NCBI GenBank assembly: GCA_029548865.1
Contig: JAKPMO010000021.1
Span: 1 to 61,612 of the forward strand
Length of the DNA: 61,612 nucleotides
Direction: 5' to 3'
From: Caldisericota bacterium
GTDB taxonomy: Bacteria > Caldisericota > Caldisericia > JAAYUI01
The position numbers and the translations under genes are program-made. Below the pieces are notes generated by a model that saw nothing but the letters and a program-made list of their open reading frames with translations, searched no databases and had not been told where the DNA came from. Positions 33,736 to 44,043 of the stretch are shown here, piece after piece. The first letter of the stretch is position 1; each line of letters opens with the position of its first letter.

Positions 33736-35058
33736 CTATTGCGGGGAATCCAGGAGCCCGATGAAAATCATGTTTTGCAAGGACTGGTCGGATTTGAATA
33801 TCATGTAAGGGCATGTTCCGCCATAGGGCTTTGCGAAAATGTAGATGTTTTTCCCGTTGTCGGCAATCGATAGGTCCGAGAATTTTTCAAAACCAGAATT
33901 GGTGATGGGGACTCTTTGCTTGTAGCCTATGTCGCCATTTATTGGTGTTTCACAAAAGAAATTTGATGGCTCTATCCTGAACCTTTTCCGGTTTTTCCTG
34001 TCAAAAACCAGATAAAAGGTATCTCCATCAGACTCCTGGTATCTTACGCTAAAAAAGAAGTTGCCCCAGAAAGCTGCGCCGGAGTTTTTTGAGAGAGGAG
34101 TCTTCATGTCTTCTACGTCAACGCCAATCTCAGGATTGATTATCCTCACGTTGCCGTTCTTGGAGATGACATCGAGAGTGACGTTTTTTTGGGTTATGCG
34201 CCCCATTTTGTACTGCACCTGGGTGACGCCATTTTTCGGCATGGCGGGATGAGGGTCTTTTTCTTTTGGCCCAAGCTCGAAATGTGCCTCTATGCTTCCG
34301 TTGAACACCATAATTGATGGCAAGAATCCCTCTTTTCTTATTACCACAAGGTGTTCCTTCGAGATTTTGGAAAGTTCGGCGTTTGTAATATTTAGTGGTG
34401 TTGTGCCGATGACTTTTGCATCCGAAATGATTTTGCCACCTTCAAAACCGAAATGGAGCACTTCGGCACCCTGGGGGCTTGAGGTTATAGAACAAACAGT
34501 GTCTGGGAAGTACCTTGTTTTTGCCTTCAGGACACGCGCTCTCAGTTTGACCTCCACTATGTCAAACGTGTCTAGAAGGTCATGGAAATATTCGTGCTTT
34601 ATCCTCAGTGAAATCCTGCCCTCTGGCCGATATATCGTGAGTGGCGTTTTGCCCAGAAGTTTGCCATTCTCCCATATTTCGCTGCCTTCAGGCGAGTACG
34701 CGAGGTGCACCTGATAGAGCTTGTTTAGCGTCGCTCTTACGAAGCCCCTGTCCCCACTGTACTGTGTTGCCGAGAACCTGTAGGTTTCGTAGCCATCAAG
34801 CTCGAGCGTAACAGATGAAACTTTTGAAACCTCGATTACTTTTGGGGTGAACCCGTAGAATGTGCCATCAACATATATTGAAGCCTCTGGTGGGATGGTT
34901 TCCACCGAGAACTCGATTTTGGGGACCGGCAGGGACATGCACGAAGAGAGCGTGCACAAAAACACAAACACTGTGGCAAAATATAGGCCCTGTCGCAACG
35001 CAATCTTCATTGATGAACCCAAGTTACCATTCGAAGGACCACTTTTCAAGGTAACCAT
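33736..35058 (-). CDS. PEGA-domain lipoprotein/surface protein
   Basis: Three PEGA units (ETIPPEASIYVDG..G.TP; YSPEGSEIWENG..G.TP; TSSPQGAEV...GTTP); lipobox-like LSSC; start at 35058 or 35010. Confidence 0.8.
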   Translation of the reverse strand: MVTLKSGPSNGNLGSSMKIALRQGLYFATVFVFLCTLSSCMSLPVPKIEFSVETIPPEASIYVDGTFYGFTPKVIEVSKVSSVTLELDGYETYRFSATQYSGDRGFVRATLNKLYQVHLAYSPEGSEIWENGKLLGKTPLTIYRPEGRISLRIKHEYFHDLLDTFDIVEVKLRARVLKAKTRYFPDTVCSITSSPQGAEVLHFGFEGGKIISDAKVIGTTPLNITNAELSKISKEHLVVIRKEGFLPSIMVFNGSIEAHFELGPKEKDPHPAMPKNGVTQVQYKMGRITQKNVTLDVISKNGNVRIINPEIGVDVEDMKTPLSKNSGAAFWGNFFFSVRYQESDGDTFYLVFDRKNRKRFRIEPSNFFCETPINGDIGYKQRVPITNSGFEKFSDLSIADNGKNIYIFAKPYGGTCPYMIFKSDQSLQNMIFIGLLDSPQ

Positions 35059-35132
35059 TTCCTACCTTTTTGTTTACTAGCTGACCTTGACTTAAAAGCA
35101 GGTTGTGAGAAATTTTACTTGGAGGTGCGTGA

Positions 35133-36536
35133 ATGCACGAAGAGTGTGGAGTATTTGCAGTTGCGGGTCATCCTGATGCTGCCTATCTGACCTATGTTGG
35201 TTTGCTTGCCTTGCAGCACAGGGGCCAGGAAGCTGCTGGAATGGTCACTTTCAGGGAACCAGATGTTTTCACATGCCACAAAGACCTTGGGTTGGTCGTG
35301 GACGTTTTCTCGAAGGGTGCCGTTGCCGACCTCTCAGGGAAGTATGCACTTGGCCATGTAAGGTATTCCACAAAAGGCTCCAACACCCGCGAAAATGCCC
35401 AGCCCCATAAGGCCGGACACCTCTGGGTAGCATCAAATGGTGATGTGGTCAATTACACATCCCAACGCATTTTCCTGGAACAAAACGACATCACCTTCCT
35501 CTCGACAAACGACGGAGAGCTCCTTGCAAAATCAATCCTTTTCAACAGTCAGCGCAAGGGTGGGCTTGTCCCGGGCATTCTCCAGCTCATGAACCATGTC
35601 CACGGCACATACTCGGCTGGTTTGCTCACCAGCAACAAGGTGATGGCATTCAGGGACCCGGCCGGAATAAGGCCACTTGTCCTTGGCCAAAAAGACGGAT
35701 GTGGTGTGCTTTCATCCGAAACCTGTGCGCTTGATGCAATAGGTGCAAAATATATAAGGGAAGTCGCCCCCGGAGAGATTGTAGACCTGGAAACGCTTGC
35801 GACCCTTGGCACATCAAAAAACGCAATGAATCCTGGAAGAATATGCATCTTTGAGTACATCTATTTTGCACGTCCAGACTCCAGAATAAGAAACAACCTG
35901 CTCTGGCAGGCAAGGTACGAGATGGGGCGCCAGCTTGCCATCGAGGACCCGGAAAAAAACTCTGATATAGTCATGCCTGTTCCTGAAACAGGAAACCCGT
36001 GTGCCGCAGGCTTTGCCGCACAGTCAGGACTTCCGTTGATACCAGCCATTGTAAAAAACCACTATGTTGGCAGGACATTCATCAAGCCGGAGCAGTCCCA
36101 GCGCATGGAAGCAGTCAGGATAAAGCTGAATGTGATGAGGGACCTTGTACAGGGCAAAAACGTCATGGTGATGGAAGATTCGATAGTTAGGGGAACAACA
36201 ACCAAGATACTGGTCCAGAAACTAAAAGATGCTGGGGCAAAAAGGGTTTCTCTGGCAATATCCTCACCGCCAATTAAATTCCCGTGCTTTTATGGCATTG
36301 ATACAGGAGTTAGAAAAGACCTTATTGCCGCAGACCTGACCGTTGACCAGGTCAGGGAGTATATAGGAGCTGACCAGCTTTATTACCTCTCGCTGCCTGG
36401 CCTTTTAAAAGCCTGCAAGGGTGAACTTCCGCAGTTTTGCACTGCATGTCTCAATGGTGATTATCCAATTCCGGTCAATGAAGATGGTTCGCTCCCCGGA
36501 AAGGCCGAGTGGGAAAATGGCAGGCAGGGCGTTTAA
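35133..36536 (+). CDS. purF: Amidophosphoribosyltransferase
   Basis: EECGVF, LQHRGQE, GHVRYST, CIFEYIYFARPDS, EDSIVRGTT, PCFYGID, CTACL (Fe-S type). Confidence 0.96.
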   Translation: MHEECGVFAVAGHPDAAYLTYVGLLALQHRGQEAAGMVTFREPDVFTCHKDLGLVVDVFSKGAVADLSGKYALGHVRYSTKGSNTRENAQPHKAGHLWVASNGDVVNYTSQRIFLEQNDITFLSTNDGELLAKSILFNSQRKGGLVPGILQLMNHVHGTYSAGLLTSNKVMAFRDPAGIRPLVLGQKDGCGVLSSETCALDAIGAKYIREVAPGEIVDLETLATLGTSKNAMNPGRICIFEYIYFARPDSRIRNNLLWQARYEMGRQLAIEDPEKNSDIVMPVPETGNPCAAGFAAQSGLPLIPAIVKNHYVGRTFIKPEQSQRMEAVRIKLNVMRDLVQGKNVMVMEDSIVRGTTTKILVQKLKDAGAKRVSLAISSPPIKFPCFYGIDTGVRKDLIAADLTVDQVREYIGADQLYYLSLPGLLKACKGELPQFCTACLNGDYPIPVNEDGSLPGKAEWENGRQGV

Positions 36537-37517
36537 CTAGCGGAACTCCAGACTGAATATTGCGCAATCCTTTGATTGTATTTCTATTGTCAGGGTGTGA
36601 TTGGCTGGTGGAAGGTTTTTGAGGACGTTGTAGATTTTTCCGTCTGAAATTGTTACTCTGCCTTGCTTCATGTCGGAGCCGTAATAATTTTTATCGGGCA
36701 ACAGGCCATCAACCCATACCTGTACAGGAAAAGACTTGTCAGATTGTGATTTTGCGAACATATAAACCTCTTTGCCAGCAAAGGATATGGAGAGCCTCCC
36801 TGTCTTGTCGTCGCTGTGCCAGGCCATTTCTGGGCCAAAGTACCATTTTCCTTCGAGATATGGTGTAAATTCCGTGTAGGACCTTGGATCAGTAAACTCG
36901 TAGACGCGCTCTATTTCGGTCCCTTTGCAATTCCCAATCCTCCCGTCTAGATAGCCGCATTTTACGATCCTTGAAGGAGTGAATGGCATTTCATTTGCAG
37001 TTTTTGAAATGGCCCTGAAACTGTTTCCAAGGAGTTTTTCCAGCGTGGACTGACCAAGAAACTCTCTCGTGGAATTTTTGATTTCTCCATCAATAACCAG
37101 TGACGTGTACCCATATTTTATGGCACCAAAGGCCGCCCAGATTGTATAGTCCATGTCAAAGACGACGGGGTTTTTCGGCTTAAGTTCGCTCACCTGACGT
37201 GAAAGCTCATTACCAATCTTCAGGAATTCATATTCCGGAGAGCAGATGTACACAGTTCTGAAGCCCTGTTTTTCGAGTTCAGGTTCCATCTTGTCGAGGT
37301 ATGTTGCCGCTTCTTTTGATGCGATTGATGTTGGCGTAATGAAATGTATTATTAATCGACCTTTTTTTGGTTCTTCGGTCACTGCTGATATTTTCTGGAA
37401 GGCCGCATCCAGGGCTTTTTGCGAAGCTCCAATCTCTTCGGACTTCTTTCCTCCAGAACATGAAAGAATACCAGTGCATAGAACAAAAATAGTCAATGCC
37501 GACCCAAATCTTCCCAT
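36537..37517 (-). CDS. DipZ-like lipoprotein (thioredoxin fold lacking CxxC plus C-terminal beta-sandwich)
   Basis: Lipobox ILSC; ICSPEYEF, PVVFDMDYTIWAAFG, LEGKW, VWVDG...GSD, HTLTIE follow the DipZ C-terminal architecture. Confidence 0.7.
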   Translation of the reverse strand: MGRFGSALTIFVLCTGILSCSGGKKSEEIGASQKALDAAFQKISAVTEEPKKGRLIIHFITPTSIASKEAATYLDKMEPELEKQGFRTVYICSPEYEFLKIGNELSRQVSELKPKNPVVFDMDYTIWAAFGAIKYGYTSLVIDGEIKNSTREFLGQSTLEKLLGNSFRAISKTANEMPFTPSRIVKCGYLDGRIGNCKGTEIERVYEFTDPRSYTEFTPYLEGKWYFGPEMAWHSDDKTGRLSISFAGKEVYMFAKSQSDKSFPVQVWVDGLLPDKNYYGSDMKQGRVTISDGKIYNVLKNLPPANHTLTIEIQSKDCAIFSLEFR

Positions 37518-37790
37518 GTTTCTAACTATACCACAGTATGCCATTTCATGCCATTTATACATCCATATTGACATAGCTGTCAGGTTTGCCTGAAGAAAGA
37601 TAGATTGCCTGGAGGTTAACCTGCCAGTGATGAAATGTTGTTGGGAACAATATTTATTTGTACATAGAAAAATTTTTCTGGGCTGGTTTTTCTTTTTAAT
37701 TCGGAAAGAACCGACAGGCTAGTCCTAATTGGTATTTTGAATATGGGGTGTTTTATTGCAAAATCGAGGTTCAAAACTAGAATAGCAGGC

Positions 37791-40421
37791 ATGACAAAGA
37801 AGAACATTACCATCATGGCTATTGGAATTGCCATTCTAGGAATCATAATATTTTTTCTTGTAAGAGGCTGTGGGTCGCAAGAGGAACCGGCTAGTTTATT
37901 TTGGTTTGGTGGTGCATCGGCTCCTGGAGAACTGCCGAAAACAATCTCTCTTGGCAAGATGACTCCTCCGGACCAGAAGCTTTTTGAGTTCCAGGTCGAG
38001 GGTTTGCCAAAAGGTGTTACTTTTGAAGAAAGAAGGGAAGACCTCAGCTCAAAATCATACATGTCTTTTCTTGTGGCTACCATTCCTGCCGATACAAAAA
38101 AGGGTATCTACCCGATAAAAATAACATACAAGAATGCTTCATTTTCAAAATCGTTTGAGTCTGAATTTGTGATCGGTGATAGAGCGGAATCACAAGATAA
38201 TATTTATGGTGGCATTGGAAGATCTGGTCAGCTTCCTGCAATTTCGACTGATGACCTTGTAGTTTCTAATTTTGTAAATCTCGAAAAAGGAATTACCTCT
38301 CCTCCTTGTATTGTTGGCAATAAAACATACCTCGGTCTTCAAAATGGCAAAGTGGTTGCCCTTGATGACAAACTTGGGAAAATTTTTGAGGTGACTGTAT
38401 CGGAGGATCCTGTTGTTGCTGTACAAGCTACAGAAAAATATCTTGTTGGCTGTGATTCCAGGGGAAACATTGCGTCCTTCGATCTTTCACAAAAAGAGCC
38501 ATCCCAGCTTGCGGCATACAAGCTTGATGGAAAAGCATCCTCACCACCAACAATTGTTGCAGAGGACAAAATTCTTGTTGGCTCGACAGATGGTCTTCTT
38601 GGTCTTTTCTCTCTTCCAAACTTGGAACCGCAGTGGAAGGTGAATCTTCCAGGTCCAGTTATCGGGAATGTGTCATGTCAAATTTACAAATCTGAAAATG
38701 ATCTAAAGGGTTATATTTTTGCTGCATGTGACGACTCAAATATTTACTATCATGATCTAGGTAGCAAGCTTATCAGCCGTTTCCAGATGGATCTGTCATC
38801 CAAATTTGCTCCAATAGTAGTAGGTGACAGGGTCCTCTTTTCTGATTCAGAAAATTTTATCCAGTTGTCAGACTCTTTTGGTAGGAAGATTTGGAGCACT
38901 AATGTTGAAGATATACAGCTCTGGCAGCCAATTTCAAACTCTGGCAAGGCATATTTTTTTGGAAAGAAAAAAATTATTGCTTTGGACATGAAAGATGGCA
39001 GCGTTTCTTTCTCTGTGGATTCACCCGGAGAGATAATTTCACAACCAGTGTTTATTGGTGAAACTTTGTGCTTGCCCCTGCAAGGTCAATTGTCATTTAT
39101 GTCTGGTGATTTGACACCAAAATCAAGCATTAACCTTGGGGATCTGGTTTCTGGCTGGCCGGTTCCTTTTGAAGACGGTCTACTTGTTGCGCAGCAAAGT
39201 GGAGGAGTTTATCTTTTTGCCAAAGGAAACCCTGGCAGTTCGATACCTGTAGTCAAATTCAATATGAAAGATGTTGTGTTTTCCCAAGGATTGTCAAATC
39301 AGTTTCACAACTCCTACACGAACACAAAATTGCCCAAAACGCTCAAGTTGAAGTGGGAAAAAGATGGCGAGTATGCGCCTGTGCTTACAACCAAGACCAG
39401 AGCGTATCTTTACAATATCACAAAAAAGGTTTTTTCATGTGTTTCAATAGATGATGGCAAGGAAATATGGCAATTTCCTTCGGAAGCATATCCTGCAGTT
39501 TACCATACTCTAGGATATAACGAAACCCCAATGTGTCTTTCCGAGAATGGTCTTTATCTTGGAACGGTGGCTGGCGTTATGCTTGTTGATCCGGACACAG
39601 GAAGGTTGCTTAGGTCTTCAAACGTCAGCGGAATACCACAAGCAGATGATTCTGCTGTTGTTGTAACAAATGGCAAAAAACTTTCTGTTTGTGACAAAAA
39701 CCTAAAAACTTTGTGGGTTGCAAATGGGAATTTTGTTTCTTCAAATGTCATAATTCTTGGCAAATCGGTGATCGCAATTTCCAGGGACGAAGTTGAGGAT
39801 TTTAGCAAAAGCAAGGCATTTGTTGCCATATACAATAAATTGACCGGTAAGGTAGAGTGGTCAAAAAAAGATACGTCCATTTCCTATTGTGTGCGAACCA
39901 TCACGGATGGAAAAAGGCTTCTTGCTTCGACTGGTTCGGGTCTCTGGATGATGAATATTGGAGAAAGAAAAGTTTATGGTGCATCACGTTATGCACCCAC
40001 TGTCGAAACGATCTATGCCATGCCAAATGGCGATATCTGGTTTAAAGAAATGGCTGGAATACATTTCAAACTCAATCTCAAAGATGGCAACATATCACCA
40101 GTCATTGAGCCTCCACAAGACAAACCAATTTATATGGCATTTGGCCTAACCTATATGGACAGTGAATCTTTTGTTGGTATTTGTGCCCCACTTCCTGATC
40201 CCAAGGAAACAGAGCAATCACAAGAATCGATTGATGTGAACAAGGCAGATTTTTATCTGGTTACAACGTCTGTAAAAACTGGTAACAATATCTCATCTGT
40301 CAAAATTGGGAAAAGCTTTGATGCGCAATTTGCCCTGTCTTATGGTGAGAAAAAAGTTTTTGTATCCACCTTTGGTAGTGATAAGGGATACAACCCAAAA
40401 CTATCAGTCTGGGGAGACTAG
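37791..40421 (+). CDS. Membrane-anchored protein with an Ig-like domain and two PQQ/BamB-type propellers
   Basis: N-terminal TM helix; SPP.I..YLG..NG.V.AL blades; second module SIDDGKEIW, NKLTGKVEW. Confidence 0.8.
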   Translation: MTKKNITIMAIGIAILGIIIFFLVRGCGSQEEPASLFWFGGASAPGELPKTISLGKMTPPDQKLFEFQVEGLPKGVTFEERREDLSSKSYMSFLVATIPADTKKGIYPIKITYKNASFSKSFESEFVIGDRAESQDNIYGGIGRSGQLPAISTDDLVVSNFVNLEKGITSPPCIVGNKTYLGLQNGKVVALDDKLGKIFEVTVSEDPVVAVQATEKYLVGCDSRGNIASFDLSQKEPSQLAAYKLDGKASSPPTIVAEDKILVGSTDGLLGLFSLPNLEPQWKVNLPGPVIGNVSCQIYKSENDLKGYIFAACDDSNIYYHDLGSKLISRFQMDLSSKFAPIVVGDRVLFSDSENFIQLSDSFGRKIWSTNVEDIQLWQPISNSGKAYFFGKKKIIALDMKDGSVSFSVDSPGEIISQPVFIGETLCLPLQGQLSFMSGDLTPKSSINLGDLVSGWPVPFEDGLLVAQQSGGVYLFAKGNPGSSIPVVKFNMKDVVFSQGLSNQFHNSYTNTKLPKTLKLKWEKDGEYAPVLTTKTRAYLYNITKKVFSCVSIDDGKEIWQFPSEAYPAVYHTLGYNETPMCLSENGLYLGTVAGVMLVDPDTGRLLRSSNVSGIPQADDSAVVVTNGKKLSVCDKNLKTLWVANGNFVSSNVIILGKSVIAISRDEVEDFSKSKAFVAIYNKLTGKVEWSKKDTSISYCVRTITDGKRLLASTGSGLWMMNIGERKVYGASRYAPTVETIYAMPNGDIWFKEMAGIHFKLNLKDGNISPVIEPPQDKPIYMAFGLTYMDSESFVGICAPLPDPKETEQSQESIDVNKADFYLVTTSVKTGNNISSVKIGKSFDAQFALSYGEKKVFVSTFGSDKGYNPKLSVWGD

Positions 40422-41060
40422 GTAGTCCCTGTTTTCCTTGATTGTGGTTCTTGCTATTTTATCGCCTACTTGCTCAAAGTCTTTGTAATAGGAACCAACA
40501 GCAAACACCTTGTTTGTTGATGTAAACAGGGAAAAGGTTTTAAATCCATTTGATTCAAGCAGTTCTATTGCACTATGGTGTGCAATAGGGGTTGCAATAA
40601 AAACTTTTGCCGGTTTTTTGCCAAGGAGCCATTTTGCCGCACCAAGGCAGGTGTAGCCGGTTGCAAGCCCATCATCGACAAGCAGAACCTCTTTGTCTTT
40701 CAGGTCTTCGACAGGATTGTCAAACCTGATGTTTTGCTCGTGACGCTTGATCTCGGCAAGCTTGGCCCTTGCAATGCGTTGCACATCCATGTATGAAAGC
40801 CCGACCTGGCGATATAGACCTTCGTCCAGGATCACGTTTCCATCTGAAATGACCACTCCAAAGGCCGATTCCTGGTTCCAAGGCAGTGGAAGTTTGGAAA
40901 CAAATGCCGGTTCAAGCGGAACTTTTAGTGAATTGGCAACTGGTAGCGAACACACAATTCCGCCAAGGGCTATTCCATACACAACAGAGACCCCCCTAAA
41001 TTCCTGTGGCAGTTTTGATGCAAGCTGTTTTCCAGCCTCTTCCCTGTTTTCGAATTTCAC
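40404..41060 (-). CDS. Phosphoribosyltransferase family protein
   Basis: FENREEAG..LA, VLLVDDGLATGYT, AVGSYY.DF; GTG start with GGAGG and a GTGA overlap. Confidence 0.88.
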   Translation of the reverse strand: MKFENREEAGKQLASKLPQEFRGVSVVYGIALGGIVCSLPVANSLKVPLEPAFVSKLPLPWNQESAFGVVISDGNVILDEGLYRQVGLSYMDVQRIARAKLAEIKRHEQNIRFDNPVEDLKDKEVLLVDDGLATGYTCLGAAKWLLGKKPAKVFIATPIAHHSAIELLESNGFKTFSLFTSTNKVFAVGSYYKDFEQVGDKIARTTIKENRDYLVSPD

Positions 41061-41803
41061 GGTTTGTCCTCCCAAGGGATTATGTAGAGCCTTCTCCTCA
41101 AAACAACCTGTTTTCCAAGCCAGTCGTTAATAAAACCGTTTAGGATATATTCCCCTGGTTTAAGATAGGTATGTTCTATTGTGTGTTGGCCTTCCTGGGG
41201 CAAACCACCCTTTTTGTCCCCTGTTCCACCGTTCGGGCCATCGCCCCAGTCGAAATAGAACTCGTAGGGTGGGAAACCACCGATGATCTTGAGGTTGAAC
41301 CTTACTGTACCCTTTTCCCTGCCAGATTCTCTAAGTTCTGCAGTAAGGGGGGGGTATTCTGATGGCGCCCACAGAAGTATGACGCAATTGCTTTTTATCA
41401 GCCCCTGAGGTCTATCAGACGAGACTTTGCAGACCATTGGATGTGCGACAATTGCAATTTTGGTGACAATTTCGACATTTACATATCCAGTGAAGCATTG
41501 GCCTGCATCGAGCTGATTAAATCTGAAAATGGCTTTGTTTCCAGCTATTGCCGCTGGCGGGGACGTGTCTTTTATTTCAAATTCAGCCCCGACTTCAACA
41601 ATCAAAGTTCCTTCTGGTGTTTCTTCATTGCCTTCGTTTTTTATTTGCGCGGTCAATCTGACAATTGTCCCTTTTGGGGCGATTGATGTTGAAGGCCTTA
41701 TTGTGACTCTTTCCTGTGGCTGGGCGCAGCGTACGGTTGGCCGGGGGTTAACTCCAGCAAGGATGATCGCCGCCACAACCAGAAAAAGCCAGAATCTTTT
41801 CAT
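41057..41803 (-). CDS. Secreted Ig-like (DUF11-like) + PKD domain protein
   Basis: Signal peptide; GGFPPYEFYFDWGDG...HTYLKPGEY PKD motif. Confidence 0.75.
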   Translation of the reverse strand: MKRFWLFLVVAAIILAGVNPRPTVRCAQPQERVTIRPSTSIAPKGTIVRLTAQIKNEGNEETPEGTLIVEVGAEFEIKDTSPPAAIAGNKAIFRFNQLDAGQCFTGYVNVEIVTKIAIVAHPMVCKVSSDRPQGLIKSNCVILLWAPSEYPPLTAELRESGREKGTVRFNLKIIGGFPPYEFYFDWGDGPNGGTGDKKGGLPQEGQHTIEHTYLKPGEYILNGFINDWLGKQVVLRRRLYIIPWEDKP

Positions 41804-42907
41804 TTATTTTCTTGCAAAAATCTCCCAGACTTCCTGGGTTTTTTCAATCATTTTCCCAGTTGTGAATTCCTGTTCAACCCTTTCTCTTCCCTGTTTGCCT
41901 ACATGCTCCATTTGCTTCCTGTCACCCATGAGTGATATTATAGCACCGGAAAGTTCTTTTGGGCTGGATGGGGGAACGAGTACCCCATATTCCGGTTTTG
42001 TCAGGACTTCAGGGATGCCGCCGACCCTTGTTGCGACGACTGGCACCTCAAGCGCCATGAACTCCAGTAAGGCAAGTCCTATAGCTTCTGCAATCGACGG
42101 GAAACAGCCGATGTCGCATGCCTTCATGAGGTCAAACGGGTCCTTTATCCTGCCTGGCAGGAACACCCTGTCATTGACTTTCAGTTTTTCTGCCTGCTCC
42201 CTGAGCGGCTCCAGACACCTGCCATCGCCAACGATCAGCATGCCGGCGTCTGGTATCTTGTCCAGAATTCTTGGCAGCGCGGCAACCATGTCTGCATGGC
42301 CTTTCACTTCGACGAGTCTTCCCACGGTCCCTATGAGCCTTATGTTTTTTGGAATACCAAATTTTTCTTTTGTTTTTTCAGGGTCTGCGTCTGATTTTAC
42401 ACAGGAGAGGTCAATTCCGTTGTGCACAGTGAATATCTTTTCCCTTGGGATGCCCCTTTTTGCAAGGTTCTCGGACATATCGTTTGACACGCCTATGAAG
42501 GCATCAGCCATGCCATTGAACACATTGTCGGCATACCAGACTGCCCTTTCCTTGACTGACGAGGCATAGTCCAGCCTAGAGTCCGAGTGCATCGTGCAGA
42601 TGTTTGGGATGCCGGTTATTTTTGATGCCATTCTACCAAGGAAGTTGGCCCTGACGCCATGCGTGTGGATGAGGTCGAGGTCGAGGTCCCTCATGAGCTT
42701 TGCCAGCTGGTATGGGTTTTGTTTTATGATGAATGGCTCAACGCCGGCCATTCTGGCTTCTTTTGTGGTCATGCCATCGAGCGGGTTGATCATGTATGTG
42801 TCAAATTTTGACTTGTCAGCCAGATTTACAAGCTGTATTGTGTAGCCTTTTGCTCCGGCAACATCAGTTCCGGCAATTACCTGTGCCACCCTTATTTTTC
42901 TTGCCAT
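41804..42907 (-). CDS. Glycosyltransferase family 4
   Basis: VHNGID, VGRLVEVKG, EAIGLALLEFM (EX7E), TRVGGIPE. Confidence 0.92.
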   Translation of the reverse strand: MARKIRVAQVIAGTDVAGAKGYTIQLVNLADKSKFDTYMINPLDGMTTKEARMAGVEPFIIKQNPYQLAKLMRDLDLDLIHTHGVRANFLGRMASKITGIPNICTMHSDSRLDYASSVKERAVWYADNVFNGMADAFIGVSNDMSENLAKRGIPREKIFTVHNGIDLSCVKSDADPEKTKEKFGIPKNIRLIGTVGRLVEVKGHADMVAALPRILDKIPDAGMLIVGDGRCLEPLREQAEKLKVNDRVFLPGRIKDPFDLMKACDIGCFPSIAEAIGLALLEFMALEVPVVATRVGGIPEVLTKPEYGVLVPPSSPKELSGAIISLMGDRKQMEHVGKQGRERVEQEFTTGKMIEKTQEVWEIFARK

Positions 42908-44043
42908 AGCCTTAAAAGTGTCTCCTCAAAAGTCTTTATCCTGGCTTCCCAGGTGTTTTTTGAAACAAAATCTTCTATTTTTTCTTTATTTGGCCCCTCG
43001 GTGATTGCCTTGCCGATTTCCAGGATGAAATCACCTGGGGTCTTTGCAATTTTGACCACGTCTTCCGGCATCCCCTCGAGCTCTTCCATTGGTACGGAAA
43101 CTGTTGGCAGACCCATTGATGCGTATTCATACAGCTTGAGCGGCGAAACGGAGGCAATGAGGCTGTTTTGCCTGAAAGGTATTATACCACATGAAGCGCC
43201 GGACATGAGCGATGGCAATTCTTCCTGCGGTTTTTTGCCAAGAAAATGGACGTTTCCAAGGCCCCTGAGTTTCTGGCCTTCTTCGCCCAGTTCCCCGTTT
43301 CTTTCTGAACCGATAAAGATGAAATTTGCTTTTGGCATCCTCTGGGCGATTTCAAGCATCAAACCAGTGTCAAACCACCACCTTAGGGCGCCAGCATAGG
43401 CCACCCTTGGGGCCGGTATTTTCTCGATTTCCGGTGAAGGCCTGACCTGCCTGAAGAGCTCCGGATCAACTGCGTTTGGCATGTAAACGGTTTTGGGATT
43501 GAAGAGCGAGAGTCTTTTCGCAAGAGAACGCGCTGTTACAAAGACCGTGTCGCATTTTTTGCAGAGCTCGCCCTCGGCCCTCTCAATGAAGGACTTTGAT
43601 GATGTGCCACCATACCCTGCATGGTCGTCCACGCAATCGTAGAGGGCCACTTTTGGCTTTATTAACCCTATGATTGGCGCCATCCAGGGCAGATAGAACA
43701 GGCAGGCAAATTCTTTCGGAAAAGAGGTTTTTTCAATTGCTTTTCTGGCGAAGCTGGCAAGTGTCCTGCAGGCTGAATTCTGTGCAAAGCCAAACCTGCC
43801 GTAAAAGGGCATCATCGGCGGAGGGCTTGCCACCCAGAGGTTTGGCGAAGCTTCCCTTATCTGGCCCTTTCTTTCAACCTTTGGCCTGTATATCGGGTCC
43901 TTGAGTGCCGAAAGGTGGGTGAAAGGTGCTTCTATGTATATGACTTTTGATCCCTGCGATGCAAATTTTTTTGCAATCCTGTGCTTCCTTGTTGGTAGAT
44001 CGTCAAAGTCCTGGGATGAAAAGATTATCAGCGGGACGTTCAT
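42892..44043 (-). CDS. GT-B glycosyltransferase (GT4-like)
   Basis: RKHRIA, YDCVDDH, PNAVD, SPLKLYEYASMGLP. Confidence 0.88.
   Translation of the reverse strand: MNVPLIIFSSQDFDDLPTRKHRIAKKFASQGSKVIYIEAPFTHLSALKDPIYRPKVERKGQIREASPNLWVASPPPMMPFYGRFGFAQNSACRTLASFARKAIEKTSFPKEFACLFYLPWMAPIIGLIKPKVALYDCVDDHAGYGGTSSKSFIERAEGELCKKCDTVFVTARSLAKRLSLFNPKTVYMPNAVDPELFRQVRPSPEIEKIPAPRVAYAGALRWWFDTGLMLEIAQRMPKANFIFIGSERNGELGEEGQKLRGLGNVHFLGKKPQEELPSLMSGASCGIIPFRQNSLIASVSPLKLYEYASMGLPTVSVPMEELEGMPEDVVKIAKTPGDFILEIGKAITEGPNKEKIEDFVSKNTWEARIKTFEETLLRLWQEK

Noticed and set aside
41529..42569. 346-aa plus-strand ORF and similar long antisense ORFs (4219..4992, 55976..56881, 2283..2879)
   Set aside because: Shadows of well-supported genes on the opposite strand, with no recognisable motifs
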